Assembly (NCBI GenBank): GCA_050951545.1
Contig: JBMNJG010000013.1
Location: forward strand, 1 to 64,000
Length of the DNA: 64,000 bases
Reading direction: 5' to 3'
DNA from: Limnochordia bacterium
GTDB taxonomy: Bacteria; Bacillota; Limnochordia; DTU080
Shown here: positions 39,516 through 48,819 of the stretch, piece by piece
How the letters are laid out: each line of letters begins with the position of its first letter
Position numbering within the stretch: the stretch's first letter is position 1
Program-made: the position numbers and the translations under genes
Notes under the pieces: model-generated
The model's input: the letters and a program-made list of their open reading frames with translations, nothing else
Database searches by the model: none
Told to the model about the DNA's origin: nothing

Positions 39516-39868
39516 AGAGCCTTGTTGACCATTTGGTAGCCCGCCAGACTGCCGCAGTACCATAGACTGGGGGATAGCACTGGAATCATGAATCTGATCC
39601 ATATAGATAGGGACAACCGAATGCAGCGAGCGTGGCGGATTCTCAAAGGACTCGGCCTATCGACTTCCGCTATGGAGCACGTTGGAAGCCACTCAAGCGA
39701 ATTGACCATGCGTCTACACTCGCAGGTCTACTGACGGAATAGGCATTTGCGTAACCATCAGCAGGAAATGGACCCTGTGGGCGAGCCAGGCGTATCCAGT
39801 TGGCCAAACCTAGCGTACTGTGAGGAGAGATCGAGATAGACTCGCAAAGACTTATCGACAGACCCGCA

Positions 39869-40447
39869 TTGCTTGAAGTACTTTCTGAGATCCTGCCAAG
39901 GCTTCAAGCGGTCCTTGGACAGAGCGATTACAGGTTGGTTGGGACTGCTGCGGCCCTGCTTCACGGCTGCGAACTGCCCGTAGGGGATGTTGACTTTCTT
40001 ATGCGAGAACGAGACCACGTTGATGCGTTTGCAGATGCATTGTCTACTCACAACTGCTTAGTCGAGCCGACGTTCCTGCAGTGGTCACCACCGCCCCGTG
40101 AAACAGGTCAGTATTGGTGCCGCTACGATGCTCACGGAATCTGTGTTGAGGCAAGCACAGTGGAGGCAACTACAGAGTCCGACTGCATTGAGGTGATTGG
40201 ATCAGGGCCATGGACTCACTATGTCAGCATAAAGGCAGGTGTGCATCTCTTGCCTACCGTCCGGATTGAACTCAGACTGGCCACCGAACTCAGTCGTAAT
40301 CGAGTACAGAAGTATGAACCGATCGTTGACTGGATGACCAAGAGCGGTTGCGATCTGAGTCTAGTGAAACGAGCTATGAACGCCTGTCGGGTGCCAGCGG
40401 AACGGCAGCGCGATGTCATGTTGAGGCTTACAGGCGTTGCATCGTGA
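39869..40447 (+). CDS. Nucleotidyltransferase-fold hypothetical protein
   Basis: YRLVGTAAALLHG..VGDVDFL; start uncertain. Confidence 0.7.
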   Translation: MLEVLSEILPRLQAVLGQSDYRLVGTAAALLHGCELPVGDVDFLMRERDHVDAFADALSTHNCLVEPTFLQWSPPPRETGQYWCRYDAHGICVEASTVEATTESDCIEVIGSGPWTHYVSIKAGVHLLPTVRIELRLATELSRNRVQKYEPIVDWMTKSGCDLSLVKRAMNACRVPAERQRDVMLRLTGVAS

Positions 40448-40474
40448 GCTTCTCGCTGTTGCTTAGCGCCTGCT

Positions 40475-40564
40475 GCCCAACAGGTGCATTCACCGGACGG
40501 CGACGGTGTGGGCGCAACTGGCGGAACTGGCGACGGCGGGCGGTGATGCGCAAGATCGTTAGGT
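40475..40564 (+). other. Integron attC-like site
   Basis: GCCCAAC (RYYYAAC)..GCATTCACCG...CGGTGATGC..GTTAGGT (GTTRRRY); 90 bp; 28 bp after a stop codon. Confidence 0.72.
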
Positions 40565-40631
40565 GGTTGGAGCAGGTCGTTAGGGTGAACAGGTCACGTC
40601 GGGAGTGTTGTCTGATGATAGAGGAGGCGGA

Positions 40632-40907
40632 ATGACCACCGACGAACTAAGCACTCACATCTTCTATGTGTCGGGCCACAGGAGCACTAGCGCCAATTGG
40701 ACCAGTGCGCGGGCTGTAGCCGACATCCTGCTGGCATCGGGGTTGGTCGAGCAGGCGGACGTGCGGATAACGGTTGCACCGCCGTCTCGAGAGACGCCTC
40801 ATCAGACGCAGGGCAACGAATCGGAGGAGACTAACGTGGAATCGGGGCCAATCGCTGGGGCCTCGATCGAAGAGAGTGTGCCGCGAAGCATGCCGTCACA
40901 GGCTTAG
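40632..40907 (+). CDS. Hypothetical protein or gene remnant
   Basis: RBS GAGGAGG after the attC site; short ORF. Confidence 0.4.
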   Translation: MTTDELSTHIFYVSGHRSTSANWTSARAVADILLASGLVEQADVRITVAPPSRETPHQTQGNESEETNVESGPIAGASIEESVPRSMPSQA

Positions 40908-41001
40908 TTCCTGCGATCGCTGTGAGCATCCAGCTTCACCTGCCGGAAACCGAGTGTACGAGAAACTGCTCGCTGCGCCGTGAGACACCTCCTAACGCCC
41001 A

Positions 41002-41532
41002 ATGACTAGTCGCGATCTGCTTGACTTCCTGGTTCAGCGGACAGCAAAGGCGAAGCCTGAAGCTCATCGGATTCTTTCGCAACACGAGCGTTCTGCATCA
41101 CGTGTAGTCATCCGCGAGGGCTTGCTACGTCGCTTGTCTGGTTTACCCATCGACGTTCAGGACCGTTACTCCGAAGCCGTGAGTTGCCTTGAAAGGGGCC
41201 TTCGCCGTGGGGCAATCGTCATGGCATGGGCAGGGCACTTCCATGTGTATGGAGGAGCTGCCTCCAAACCCATGAGAAATGGGGTTCGGGTGGCCAGGCC
41301 GAAGTGGTTTTTCCGTGATGCGACAGACAAGGAGAACGTGGTTGAAGCACAGATCCTGGATGTCGGCAAGGACGTGGGCTTCATCGGGAAACCCCGCCTG
41401 AAGGTGCTCCAAGGACGATTGGCTACTCGGAACCAGTGCGCTCGCTCAATTTCCCAGTGTCAGTCAATGAACACCGCAATCGGGCATATTTACGATATGC
41501 TTCGTCAGACGATCAGCTATTTCTCGCCCTAA
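41002..41532 (+). CDS. HEPN-like hypothetical protein (probably degraded)
   Basis: YSEAVSCLERG.RRGAIVMAW and RNQCA(R) where HEPN has R-x4-H. Confidence 0.45.
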   Translation: MTSRDLLDFLVQRTAKAKPEAHRILSQHERSASRVVIREGLLRRLSGLPIDVQDRYSEAVSCLERGLRRGAIVMAWAGHFHVYGGAASKPMRNGVRVARPKWFFRDATDKENVVEAQILDVGKDVGFIGKPRLKVLQGRLATRNQCARSISQCQSMNTAIGHIYDMLRQTISYFSP

Positions 41533-41786
41533 CGGGCGTACCAGCGGGCGCTAGGCGGGGTGAGAGACTGCGGGGCTACAACCGAGAGACCTTCTCTCAG
41601 ATGCTTGCCTCAGAGGGGATTGCGAAACCCCGGATGACCGAGATGAACCGCCCCCAGGTGTTTGCATGGAGGTTGCGCTCTGCGCGAGGGCGAGTGCGAG
41701 CGGGAAAATCGCACGCCGGCGACTGTGCGGGGGGCGCCGGGCAACCGACGTTCCTACCGCGGGGAAGGACCAAAAGGAGCGAAACG

Positions 41787-42659
41787 GTGAACAAGAATCC
41801 GTCACTCGAAGGACCTCAGTTCGTCCAGTTCTTTGGACCTGTTCTTGACGCCTTGAGGGAGCTGGGTGGCTCAGCCCGTCCCGTGGAAGTATGTACCAAG
41901 GTTGCTGCAAACCTGGAGTTGTCGGATCAGGCCCAGGAGGAGCTCTTGGATAGCGGTTCGTCGCGGTTTGCCAATCGCGTGGCGTGGGCTCGCTTTTACC
42001 TTGCTAAAGCCGGTTTCATTGACTCCTCGCGTCGCGGTGTCTGGACACTGACAGATCAAGGGCGCACGGCAGTGCTCTCACATTCTGAGTCGGTGGCCGT
42101 TTTCAGAGAGATCCACGGCCAATTTCAGACGTCTCGTCGTAACACCGAACCAGACGTGGTCGACGAGACGTCGTCTCCGGACGATGAGTCAGAGGCTTTA
42201 GATAGCTATCGTAGAGTCGTGTCACGCACGCTTCAAGAGCTACCTCCAGACGGCTTTGAACGGTTCTGTCAACGTCTTCTGCGCGAAGCTGGATTTCAAG
42301 ACGTTGCCGTTACGGGTCGCAGTGGTGATGGAGGCATCGACGGAATCGGTATGTTGCAGGTAAACGCACTAGTAAGTTTCAAGGTCTTATTTCAGTGTAA
42401 GCGGTATCAGGGTTCCGTAGGGGCCGCCCAGGTCCGTGACTTTCGCGGTGCGATGCAAGGGCGTGCAGACAAGGGTATCATCATTACTACCGGGTCTTTC
42501 ACGTCGGAGGCTCGCAAGGAAGCCGTGCGGGACGGAGTTCCCCCAATTGAGCTCGTGGACGGGGAGAAGCTCATCACCATGCTTGAGGACCTTGAGCTTG
42601 GTTTGGCGCCAATCCGAGCGTTCCGAGTCGACGATGACTTCTTTGACGATTACCGCTGA
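41787..42659 (+). CDS. mrr: Mrr type IV restriction endonuclease
   Basis: Mrr_N (PVLDALRELGG..NRVAWARFYL..RGVW) plus FERF, GRSGDGGIDG, QCKRY, ITTGSFT, ELVDG; RBS AAGGAG. Confidence 0.92.
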   Translation: MNKNPSLEGPQFVQFFGPVLDALRELGGSARPVEVCTKVAANLELSDQAQEELLDSGSSRFANRVAWARFYLAKAGFIDSSRRGVWTLTDQGRTAVLSHSESVAVFREIHGQFQTSRRNTEPDVVDETSSPDDESEALDSYRRVVSRTLQELPPDGFERFCQRLLREAGFQDVAVTGRSGDGGIDGIGMLQVNALVSFKVLFQCKRYQGSVGAAQVRDFRGAMQGRADKGIIITTGSFTSEARKEAVRDGVPPIELVDGEKLITMLEDLELGLAPIRAFRVDDDFFDDYR

Positions 42660-42934
42660 GTTGTCGCTCCCTAACAAGCGTCTTCAGCGGTCGCATGGGA
42701 GGCCTGTCGGCGAATCTGGGGCACTGTGGTGCGCCGTTGACACGCAGGACCGTCAGGCGCTCGTACACCGTATCGGCGACCTCCCGGACAACTGGCCATG
42801 GTTACGTAAGGAGGGTCTGGTAGGTTACTCCCTAGAGTACTGCAGGCAGCTATGTGGGGACCAATCGCGCCTGCGGGCATACGAGGCGAAAAAGCCGTGT
42901 TTGGGAGTAAGGCCCAATCAGTGGAGGCGACGAC

Positions 42935-44362
42935 GTGAACCACCAGATGTGTGAGGCATTCCCGCTTAGAATCACACTCGAAGAAGCTGGTTTGTCAGAG
43001 CCGCGGCTTGCTCGGTTTTTCGCAACAATCAACGAGCAGCACCTGGACTTGAACAGCCTGCTCCTGCTAAAAGGCGGGAAGCTGGCATTCGAGTATCATG
43101 CGTATCCGTACGACCCGGATACTCCCAGAGCGTCTTTCTCCGCGATCAAAGCGTTCATCGCGCTTGCTGTAGGAATCACTGTTGACAGAGGGCGTCTGGA
43201 CGTTGATGAACGCATTCTGGACATCTTCTCAGAATATCATGTCGCCAATCCCAGCACGAATTTGCAGCGGATGACTGTCAGACACCTCTTAACGTCATCG
43301 ACTGGACACGATGGTCCGGCACTGCAATGGGTCCCGGACGATTGCGACAATATTGTCACGTGGTTTCTTCAGCAGGATGTTCCGTTTCCACCGGGAGAGC
43401 GGTGCCGCTATGAAAACCCATGCTTTCTCATCCTGTCATATATCCTCATTAGGCGCAATGCATGCAGTGTGCAACAACTGCTTGAGGACGAGCTTTTCCA
43501 CAAAATAGGTATGGGGAAGGTCGGATGGATCACGCGCAGGCCCGATGACATTATTCTCGGGATTCAGGCCACCCCACGCGACTATGCGCGTATTGGTGTG
43601 TTGCTCCAGCATTACGGGTACTGGGGCGCTGAGCAAGTTGTTTCGGAACGCTGGCTGAGGGCGGCTACATCCAAACAGGTTCTCTATCCGGAAGGACGTC
43701 GGGCAAGTTGGTATGGCTATCTGCTGTGGTGTGACAATATTGGCGGCTTTTCCGCCGTGGGCGACCATGGACAGCGGATTCTCGTGCTGCCTGAACGTGA
43801 TCTGGTGATAGTCATGACAGGAACCGAACCGCAACACGGGAAGCTGTATGACGCGTTTGTCACGTTTCTCATCGACAAAGAGGAGCATGATTTGGCGAAT
43901 GGTGCCCTACTAGACGAAGTGCTGACAGCAAATCGGCCCATGTCGCACACACCAACGCTGCCGAAAACAGCTCACGACATCAGTGGTGTCGTGTACAGGT
44001 TTTCTCCGCAGGAATACTCGTCACCCTCTGAATTGCAGTTCCATTTCGATGGCTCAGATACATTCCTGCTTGACATTGGCAATGCTGAAGGGCGGCACGA
44101 TCGTCTGAGAGGGGCATTGAACGGCACATTCCATATTGGAACAGTCTCCCCCGAAAACGTCTTCGGTTTTCAGCAGAATAACTATACGGAAACCGAGGTC
44201 GCCGTACGGGGCCAGTGGACATCCGACTCGGTGTTCGAATGTGAGATTCGACCGTTGCGGTACGGGATGGCGTATCACTATGTGCTGACCGTGCATGATG
44301 GCGGTGTGCAACTCTATTGCAGAATGAACCGGCGCACAGAAACGCTGAATTCGCTAGAATAA
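42935..44362 (+). CDS. Serine hydrolase (beta-lactamase/NylB-like)
   Basis: FSAIK (SxxK), TVRHLLT, YEN, TPRDYARIG, YGYLLW, GQRILVLP. Confidence 0.85.
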   Translation: MNHQMCEAFPLRITLEEAGLSEPRLARFFATINEQHLDLNSLLLLKGGKLAFEYHAYPYDPDTPRASFSAIKAFIALAVGITVDRGRLDVDERILDIFSEYHVANPSTNLQRMTVRHLLTSSTGHDGPALQWVPDDCDNIVTWFLQQDVPFPPGERCRYENPCFLILSYILIRRNACSVQQLLEDELFHKIGMGKVGWITRRPDDIILGIQATPRDYARIGVLLQHYGYWGAEQVVSERWLRAATSKQVLYPEGRRASWYGYLLWCDNIGGFSAVGDHGQRILVLPERDLVIVMTGTEPQHGKLYDAFVTFLIDKEEHDLANGALLDEVLTANRPMSHTPTLPKTAHDISGVVYRFSPQEYSSPSELQFHFDGSDTFLLDIGNAEGRHDRLRGALNGTFHIGTVSPENVFGFQQNNYTETEVAVRGQWTSDSVFECEIRPLRYGMAYHYVLTVHDGGVQLYCRMNRRTETLNSLE

Positions 44363-44503
44363 CGTTCTCTCCAAATAGCGAACGCAACTCGCGGTCTATA
44401 GCTGGTCTCAGGCTTACTGCGCCGGTGACAGAGCGATAGGGGTGTGCGCAGACGTGTCGATTACCTGTAGCGTGTGGCTGTGCGTGTTATCTGGAACCGG
44501 ATA

Positions 44504-44628
44504 ATCGAGATAGACTCGCAAAGCCTCATCGACAGACCCGTATTGCTTGAGGTTCCTTCCGAGATCCTGCCAAGGCTTCAAGTGTCGACACAGTGATTTC
44601 GGGTTAGTTGGGGACTGCTGCGGACCTG
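44504..44628 (+). pseudogene. Degenerate copy of the 5' region of the nucleotidyltransferase-like gene (39830-39958)
   Basis: ATCGAGATAGACTCGCAAAG..GAGATCCTGCCAAGGCTTCAAG..GGGACTGCTGCGG shared. Confidence 0.85.
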
Positions 44629-44630
44629 TC

Positions 44631-45836
44631 TCACGGCCGCGCATCCATCTGTTTCAATGCCTGGATCAGGCTGCTGTAGAGGCTCATGAAACGTGACTCG
44701 TCCAGCGGCTCCACATTGTTCCAAGTGGCGCTAACTGCGAAGAACCTGCCAGACTGGCTCACCAACCATGTCGTCAGGTTGAGCACCCCGGGCTCCGAAC
44801 CGCCTTTGAATGCTATGCGTTGCCAATCGGCAGGATACGCAACACCGGGGTTGATGCTCATGAGCGGCAAATCCTGAACATGGGCCATCAGGTTTACCAA
44901 CTCGCCGACAGAGAAGAACCACTCGACATCCAAGGCCAGAGGGCCGCCGGAGAAGGCGGAGGCATCAGGCAACGGCGCCGCCTGGATGGCGGGTAGCATC
45001 TCTCTTTTGGCTTGCGCATCACTTTGACGGTAAGCGTCGAGTAGGGACTCATTCACAGGATTCTTCAGCGCAAATGCTTCTCGGGTGCTCAAAAAAGGCC
45101 GATTTACCTGGGTATACGCTTCGATGGTTTCTCGACCGACCACATCGATCAGCATGTCGGTCGCTGTGTTGTCACTCATGGATATCATCAATGACGCCAC
45201 TGTCTGAATGGTTAAGGGCGTGCCGATCGGCCAGGCTTGCAGGATGCCGGTAGGCAGGCTGACGTGCTTCTCGGATAGCCTCGCAACTGTGTCCCAGGCT
45301 AGTGCTCCGGAGTTGATCTTGTCTTTCAACGCAGCCAGAATCGCCAGCTTGAACGTGGAGCCTACCGCCAATCGAGCCTCCGGAGCGATAGCGCCCATCA
45401 CGCCAGTGTCGGAGGCGACCAGAACGCTGACTTGGCCCGGCAACTCGGAGAAGCCCGCCAGAGCCTCTTCGAGGTCGGCAACCTTAGTTTGCGGCAAGCC
45501 GAGCCAAAAGCTGGCAATCCGGGCGTTTTCATCCAACACAATCTGCGCAGGAGCAGTGCCTCGGCTGAATACCAGCGTGTACGCTGGCGCTTTTCCTTCG
45601 GCGCACACATAGTCGCCTAATGTGCCCCGATACTGCTGCACAATCACTTCAACTTGAGATACAGGCACCTGGGCAAGAAACGTTGGCGCAAACCAATTGG
45701 CGTCAATGGCGTCCGCCTCGAAAACTTGAGCCAGTCGGTCCTCAGGGGTCACGGCGGCGCCCAGGGCTTGACCGCTGCACATCAGCAATACCGTCAGCAC
45801 TGTAAGTGTGATAGTACGATAGGTCATGGTTACCAT
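44631..45836 (-). CDS. Secreted class A beta-lactamase-like serine hydrolase with N-terminal extra domain
   Basis: Signal peptide; GSTFK, SDN, FKGGSEPG. Confidence 0.88.
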   Translation of the reverse strand: MVTMTYRTITLTVLTVLLMCSGQALGAAVTPEDRLAQVFEADAIDANWFAPTFLAQVPVSQVEVIVQQYRGTLGDYVCAEGKAPAYTLVFSRGTAPAQIVLDENARIASFWLGLPQTKVADLEEALAGFSELPGQVSVLVASDTGVMGAIAPEARLAVGSTFKLAILAALKDKINSGALAWDTVARLSEKHVSLPTGILQAWPIGTPLTIQTVASLMISMSDNTATDMLIDVVGRETIEAYTQVNRPFLSTREAFALKNPVNESLLDAYRQSDAQAKREMLPAIQAAPLPDASAFSGGPLALDVEWFFSVGELVNLMAHVQDLPLMSINPGVAYPADWQRIAFKGGSEPGVLNLTTWLVSQSGRFFAVSATWNNVEPLDESRFMSLYSSLIQALKQMDARP

Positions 45837-46339
45837 CTCTCCACTCGGGTTGAGTAGTATCACTACGCATTTACATTTAGAGACACAGCCAGCGATTCCT
45901 TTGCTGTGGTGGGCTACATCCTGGCTGAGTGATCGCGCCAGCTCGGAGCAGGGAGCCATGTGTTCGCGGCTGAAGAAGACAACTGAATTGTGGTTATGTG
46001 TCAGGATTTCAACTCATCGACATGCAGCGTCAAAGCAGAGTTTGCTGCTTGAGGATCTTCAATCCACTCCCAGCTGGAAATGGCGTCTGAAGACGACGTG
46101 ACAGCTCCATGCGTTGGAGCCGCAGTTGCCCGCTGGTATAGACCGGCAAGCTTGCGTGGGAGGATGCGTCTCGTAGATCATGGGATGACTTTGAGTTTGC
46201 ATTCCCAGAGGGTGAATCGAACCGGGCAGCCCAGGTTCGAGGTAGGAGGGCGATAGATAAGCTGGTGGAGCAGCATTCGGGCGAATGCACTGTGGCCGCG
46301 TCTCATGGGACGCCTCTGGCCTTGATCGTGCACTCCTAT

Positions 46340-46900
46340 GACAGTGCGTACGGAGAACGTTCTCTGGAATATGCCAGACGGCGCGCGGCAGAAGCACAGT
46401 TACCTATTGAATACCGCCGTATGGACTTCTTTACGATGGAATACGTCGACGTCTTTGATGCTGTGGTTCAAGTGTATGGCGAGCTTTGCACCTTCTCCGA
46501 TGAGAAGCGGGACACCCTGTTGCGGTTGATTCACAGGGCTTTGAGAAAGGAAGGCCAACTCATCTTTGACGTGACCACCCGAGCGCTGAGGGAGCGAACA
46601 GGACTGCGGAGTAGCTGGTATATGAGCAACGGAGGCTTCTGGCGCCCCAGCAGGCATCTGGTTCTAGAGCAAGGGTATGACTACCCGACTGCCTCGGTCT
46701 GGTTGGATCAGTTCATCGTTATCGATGACCGGAACGCCACCATCTATCGAAACTGGTTTCACGACTATTCCTTGGACGCTCTCAGCTGCGCCCTCACGCA
46801 GTCAGGATCTGTGACCAGGCATGTCTGGAATGGCCTGACGGGGAGTACGTTTGCTGAAGGTGGCGACTGGATCGCCGTCGCTGCTACAAAGTCTCCATAG
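46340..46900 (+). pseudogene. Class I methyltransferase, 5'-truncated
   Basis: SLEYARRR..RMDFF..FDAV..ALRKEGQLIFDV; motif I absent. Confidence 0.7.
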
Positions 46901-47268
46901 CTACACTCTGGCTGTGTTCCGTCCAGGTAGTACCAGACGCCGGTCTGGCGGGCGCTTGCAGGCATGGCACCATGGGCTGAGTTGCTCAACAAGCAGAAGC
47001 ACTCGCGTCTGGAAGACGGTGTCGACGTGTCCACTAAGGCGAGGTAACTCCAACGCTAGACCACCCATTTCTCACTCCGGGCAGAAGTGCCAGGCAGCGC
47101 TGCTCATCGTAGGTGGTCTGATGAGAATGGGGTTTCTCCGCAAATCAAGCAGGGAAAGAACTCGCACGGTGGAACGAGGCCATGTGTCAGGCAGAGGCCC
47201 TGTGTGGCAACCGTTGAACGGCCACAAATCAGAGGGTCTTCAGACGCTGTCGAAAGAAGGGCAATGAG

Positions 47269-48804
47269 ATGACGAGGTGTCTCAGTTGGCGGCTGCTCTT
47301 GGCTGTTGTGCTCGTTGGTGCCCTTGGTGCCGTGGTAGCGATGGTGTCCGTTACATGGGGCGCGCAGGCGGAGCCCTTGGATAGGTCTGCTGTCGATCGA
47401 TTCGTAGCGGGACAGATGGGCAAGCATCGCATCCCTGGCGTCGTGCTGGCCGTGTTCGAGAACGGCGAGGTGACGTACACGAAAGGCTATGGTACGGCCG
47501 GGCGCGGGCAGCCGATGACGCCCGATACCCCGATGATCATCGGCTCGACGACGAAGTCGTTTACAGCCGTGGCCATTCTACAACTTGTCGAACGTAGCCT
47601 GGTTGATCTCGACGCGTCCGTGCGTACCTACCTGCCGTGGTTCCGGGTTGCTGATTCGGTCGCTTCGGCCAGTGTTACTGTTCGTCACCTGCTCAATCAC
47701 ACAAGCGGGCTCTCCGAACTCGGCTATAACCGGGTGCTGAGTCCGAATACGACGCTTGAGCAAGGGGTGCGTGATCTCCGTTTCGCTCGACTGACCGCGC
47801 CTGTGGGGACGAAGTTTCAGTACTTTAACCCCAACTACGCCACCCTGGCGCTGATCATTGAGACGGTCAGCGGGCAGTCCTATGGAGACTACGTGACTGA
47901 ACACATATTCGCCCCTCTAGGGATGACACACAGCTATGTCGGCAGAGACGACGCGCCAAGGGCTGGGTTAGCCCAAGGGCACAGCAAGCTGTTCGGTTTC
48001 CCGGTTGCCCGCAATCCGATCTTCCGCGCGTACATGGTAGGCGCAAACTACATCGTCTCCACGGCAGGCGATCTGAGCCGTCTCCTGATCGCCATCGACA
48101 ACGGTGGGCTCTACCGAGGAGCCAGAATCCTGTCCCCGGCTAGCGTGGCCCTAATGACGTCGCCCCCTGTGCAGGCCCTGAACAGCCCCTACGGAATGGG
48201 TTGGGTGGTTGGCTCACACCGCGGGGAGAGGACGGGCGGTCATGGAGGTGCGGACGAGGTGTTCACGTGCCAAGCGGTGCTGTTCGCCGATCAGCATCGC
48301 GGTTATGTCGTGTTGATGAACCAGCAGCACCTCCTCGACGGGGCCATCGCCTCCAGGCAGCTCGAGGCCGGCATGCTTGATCTGCTTCTTGCTCGACAAC
48401 CCGATGCGGGCGGCATTTCCGTGCGGTTGGTTGGTGCGGTCATCTTGGTGGTTTTCCTCGTTGCGCTGGCAACGACGTTCCGTTCTTTGGCGGGCCTGCG
48501 TGGGTGGCGAAACCAGGTCAAGACTCTCACGGCCGGGCAGATCGTATCACGAATTGTGCCACACCTGCTGATCCCGGCGCTCATTGCGTTCGTGTTGTAC
48601 CGCTACCTCGGGACACTGCTTCTGGGGGAGCCGAGAGCCTGGAATTTCCGTTGTGTGGGAGCGTACTTCATGCCAGACATTGCACTTCTGATGCTTCTGG
48701 CGATCGTACCTGACCTGTTGCAGGGCGTGTACATGGCCGCAACGGCGATAGTCGATCGCATTGTCAGACGATCGGTCCGATCGTGGTATCGGAAGATGGG
48801 ATAG
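47269..48804 (+). CDS. AmpC-like serine hydrolase with C-terminal membrane segments
   Basis: Signal peptide; GSTTKSF, TVRHLLNHTSGL, YFNPNY, HGG; three C-terminal TM helices. Confidence 0.9.
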   Translation: MTRCLSWRLLLAVVLVGALGAVVAMVSVTWGAQAEPLDRSAVDRFVAGQMGKHRIPGVVLAVFENGEVTYTKGYGTAGRGQPMTPDTPMIIGSTTKSFTAVAILQLVERSLVDLDASVRTYLPWFRVADSVASASVTVRHLLNHTSGLSELGYNRVLSPNTTLEQGVRDLRFARLTAPVGTKFQYFNPNYATLALIIETVSGQSYGDYVTEHIFAPLGMTHSYVGRDDAPRAGLAQGHSKLFGFPVARNPIFRAYMVGANYIVSTAGDLSRLLIAIDNGGLYRGARILSPASVALMTSPPVQALNSPYGMGWVVGSHRGERTGGHGGADEVFTCQAVLFADQHRGYVVLMNQQHLLDGAIASRQLEAGMLDLLLARQPDAGGISVRLVGAVILVVFLVALATTFRSLAGLRGWRNQVKTLTAGQIVSRIVPHLLIPALIAFVLYRYLGTLLLGEPRAWNFRCVGAYFMPDIALLMLLAIVPDLLQGVYMAATAIVDRIVRRSVRSWYRKMG

Positions 48805-48819
48805 GAGGGTCACCTAGCC

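Noticed and set aside
41436-41786. N-terminal extension of Mrr
   Set aside because: Overlaps the upstream ORF and lacks domain features; a good RBS precedes GTG 41787.
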